Positions 62,170 through 64,000 of a stretch of 64,000 nucleotides of DNA are shown in pieces. The stretch covers positions 9,473,079 to 9,537,078 of the forward strand of contig OZ316898.1 of assembly GCA_973895155.1 (NCBI GenBank), read 5' to 3'. The notes under the pieces are model-generated. The model worked only from the letters and a program-made list of their open reading frames with translations. It was not told the DNA's origin and did no database searches. Both the position numbers and the translations under genes were made by a program. The stretch's first letter is position 1, and every line of letters begins with the position of its first letter. Source of the stretch: Marsupella aquatica (Eukaryota; Plantae; Marchantiophyta).

Positions 62170-63410
62170 TTGGCCAACCCTCATCACACCCTTGGAGACC
62201 CCAAAATGAATTGGAACTGGAGAGATATGTTTAGTAGATCCCTTTCTGGAAAAAGTTTGCTTAATCAACCCCCTTGATATTTTTCCCCAATCTGGATCGT
62301 TGATGGACCTTTTGATCTCAGATCTGGATTGTTGATAGACCTCAGGGGGTAGATCAAGTAACAAGTTTCATTTTGGGGGTTGACCAAGCAAATACCTCAT
62401 TGGAACTGCCAGCCCTCATCACACCTTGGAGACCCAAAAACAATTGGAACAGCCAGCCCTCATCACACCATGGAAACCCAAAAACAAAATTGGAACATAC
62501 TGCCCCAAGGTCTTGTAAGGCCTCCCCAACTCTGACATAGACATTAGCGTTGACATCTGGTTTCTTAGGTGAGCATAAGCATATTACTGCTGATGTCTTA
62601 AAAAAATTAAGGGCGAAAAGCAATATCGAGGCTAATCAATGCTACTTAGCAATGATTAGCCCGTGCGTACGCCCCTGCTGCCCGCTGTAACCGACAATCT
62701 TATTAGGGTAAATACTATATGCGACCAGCAATTGTCATCACCGGGTTACGGACTCAATGGTAGAGTGTCTGAGTGGGAAGCAACAGGTCTGGGGTCAATT
62801 CCTGGCAATGCATGATTCTTTTAACAATCACCCCACCCAAAAGTGGGGTTCATTCAAACCCTAGTGACACTTAGAAAAATAGTGTCGCCATTCGCAACAA
62901 ACACGGGCAACGGGCAGGGAATGTGCGCAGTCCGGTACGGGAGGCTCTTTATGAGCCTCGAGATTGCTTTTCGTGCTGAATTTAAAAAACACACAATCAT
63001 AATTATGATTGATTCTCAGCAGGGCAGATTAATATGGATCCAACAATCAAGACAATGAGATGCATAGCGTTGACATCTGGGGTGCTTAGGTGAGCATGAA
63101 CATATCATTATTGGTGTCTTAAAAAGCACACAAACAAGTGATTGATTCTCAGCAGCGCATTTTATGGGTCCAACACTCCCCAATCGGGTCCCAATGCAAT
63201 GGATGGTCCCGGGCGTTCACATCTTGGAGACCACAAAAAAGTTGAAACTGCTATCATGTCTTCTTGAGCCACCCTAAGTTGAACATACTAGCTTAGACAT
63301 CAGCGTTGACATCTGTTTGCTTAGGTAAGCATGGATGTATCACTCTTGATGTCATCAAAACACACAATCATGTGATGGTTTCTTAGCAGCGCAGATTATG
63401 GATGCAACAC
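62170..63410. repeat. Degenerate dispersed/tandem repeat modules
   Basis: CCCTCATCACACC.TGGA.ACCC near 62178, 62413 and 62456; GCGTTGACATCTG...CTTAGGT(G/A)AGCAT near 62548, 63067 and 63303. Confidence 0.7.
62743..62812 (+). pseudogene. Degenerate tRNA-derived sequence (tRNA pseudogene or SINE head)
   Basis: A-box-like GACTCAATGGTAGAG and B-box-like GGGTCAATTCC at tRNA spacing, 3' end CCTGGCAATGCA, then a T-run; stems pair poorly. Confidence 0.4.
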
Positions 63411-64000
63411 TCATCCAATCAGATGCACACACCTCCCCTGGCACTATTTCCTAAGTATTAGTACATACCTATTTGGAGGGGAAATAAATACAGAATAATT
63501 ATGGTAATATCATTGCTCTAATTTTTAACACTGCCAATGAGCCAAAGGCACCAAAAGCGGGAGAAAGGACCTTGAGGGCAGGAGACCCGGCCAATAAGCC
63601 CGGGAGTAAACCAAGGAAAACCAATGTGCCAAACAGCAGCCAAAAAGCCATGCTAGAACTGGGGTCTCGGTAACTAACTGCACATCAAAATATGACACCC
63701 CTGCATACCACCGAGATAATTCTAGTTTTTTTCTTTTAATCAATGAATGCAGTCACATTTTGATGGGTGATTACCAGCACGGCTAGAACTGGGGAAGACC
63801 AAACTAAGTGCCAAAAATCTCAAGAGCCAAAAAGAGAGAGAGTCCCAAATCAATTCAGGATGCACTTAGTAGATATGAAGAAGGTCTAATCCGGGAGATT
63901 GAAGGAGATAGCCTCGAAATAATACATAATATAACATATAGAAATTCAAGCAATTCTCATAGAAATATTCTGAAAATACAATTTGCTTTAAACTTATTGT

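Overview
Eukaryotic nuclear DNA from a land plant; the gene families suggest a bryophyte, probably a liverwort (inference). The left third (2.7-21.5 kb) is genic. It holds a ~23-exon RST1/focadhesin gene with an antisense, single-exon-CDS CD2BP2/LIN1-like gene nested in intron 4, several tandem amplifications at RST1 exon/intron boundaries, and a convergent SpoU RNA methyltransferase. The middle holds a decayed Ty1/copia element (RT deleted, MITE in the 3' LTR), a ricin-B-lectin + DUF642 receptor-like kinase with a frameshift, a LINE remnant and a membrane-anchored alpha/beta-hydrolase. The right third holds a complete PIF/Harbinger DNA transposon (perfect 31-bp TIRs, TAA TSD, transposase + Myb/trihelix gene). 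Its transposase is interrupted by a 9.1-kb Ty3/gypsy-type retroelement, the main finding. One reading frame of that element encodes Gag-protease-DNMT3-like C5 cytosine methyltransferase-RT-RNase H-integrase-PHD finger, i.e. a chromatin writer plus a chromatin reader. It has a clean 4-bp TSD and TGTC...GACA ends, but I could not find matching direct LTRs. Splice sites and alignments were read by eye; no searches were run.
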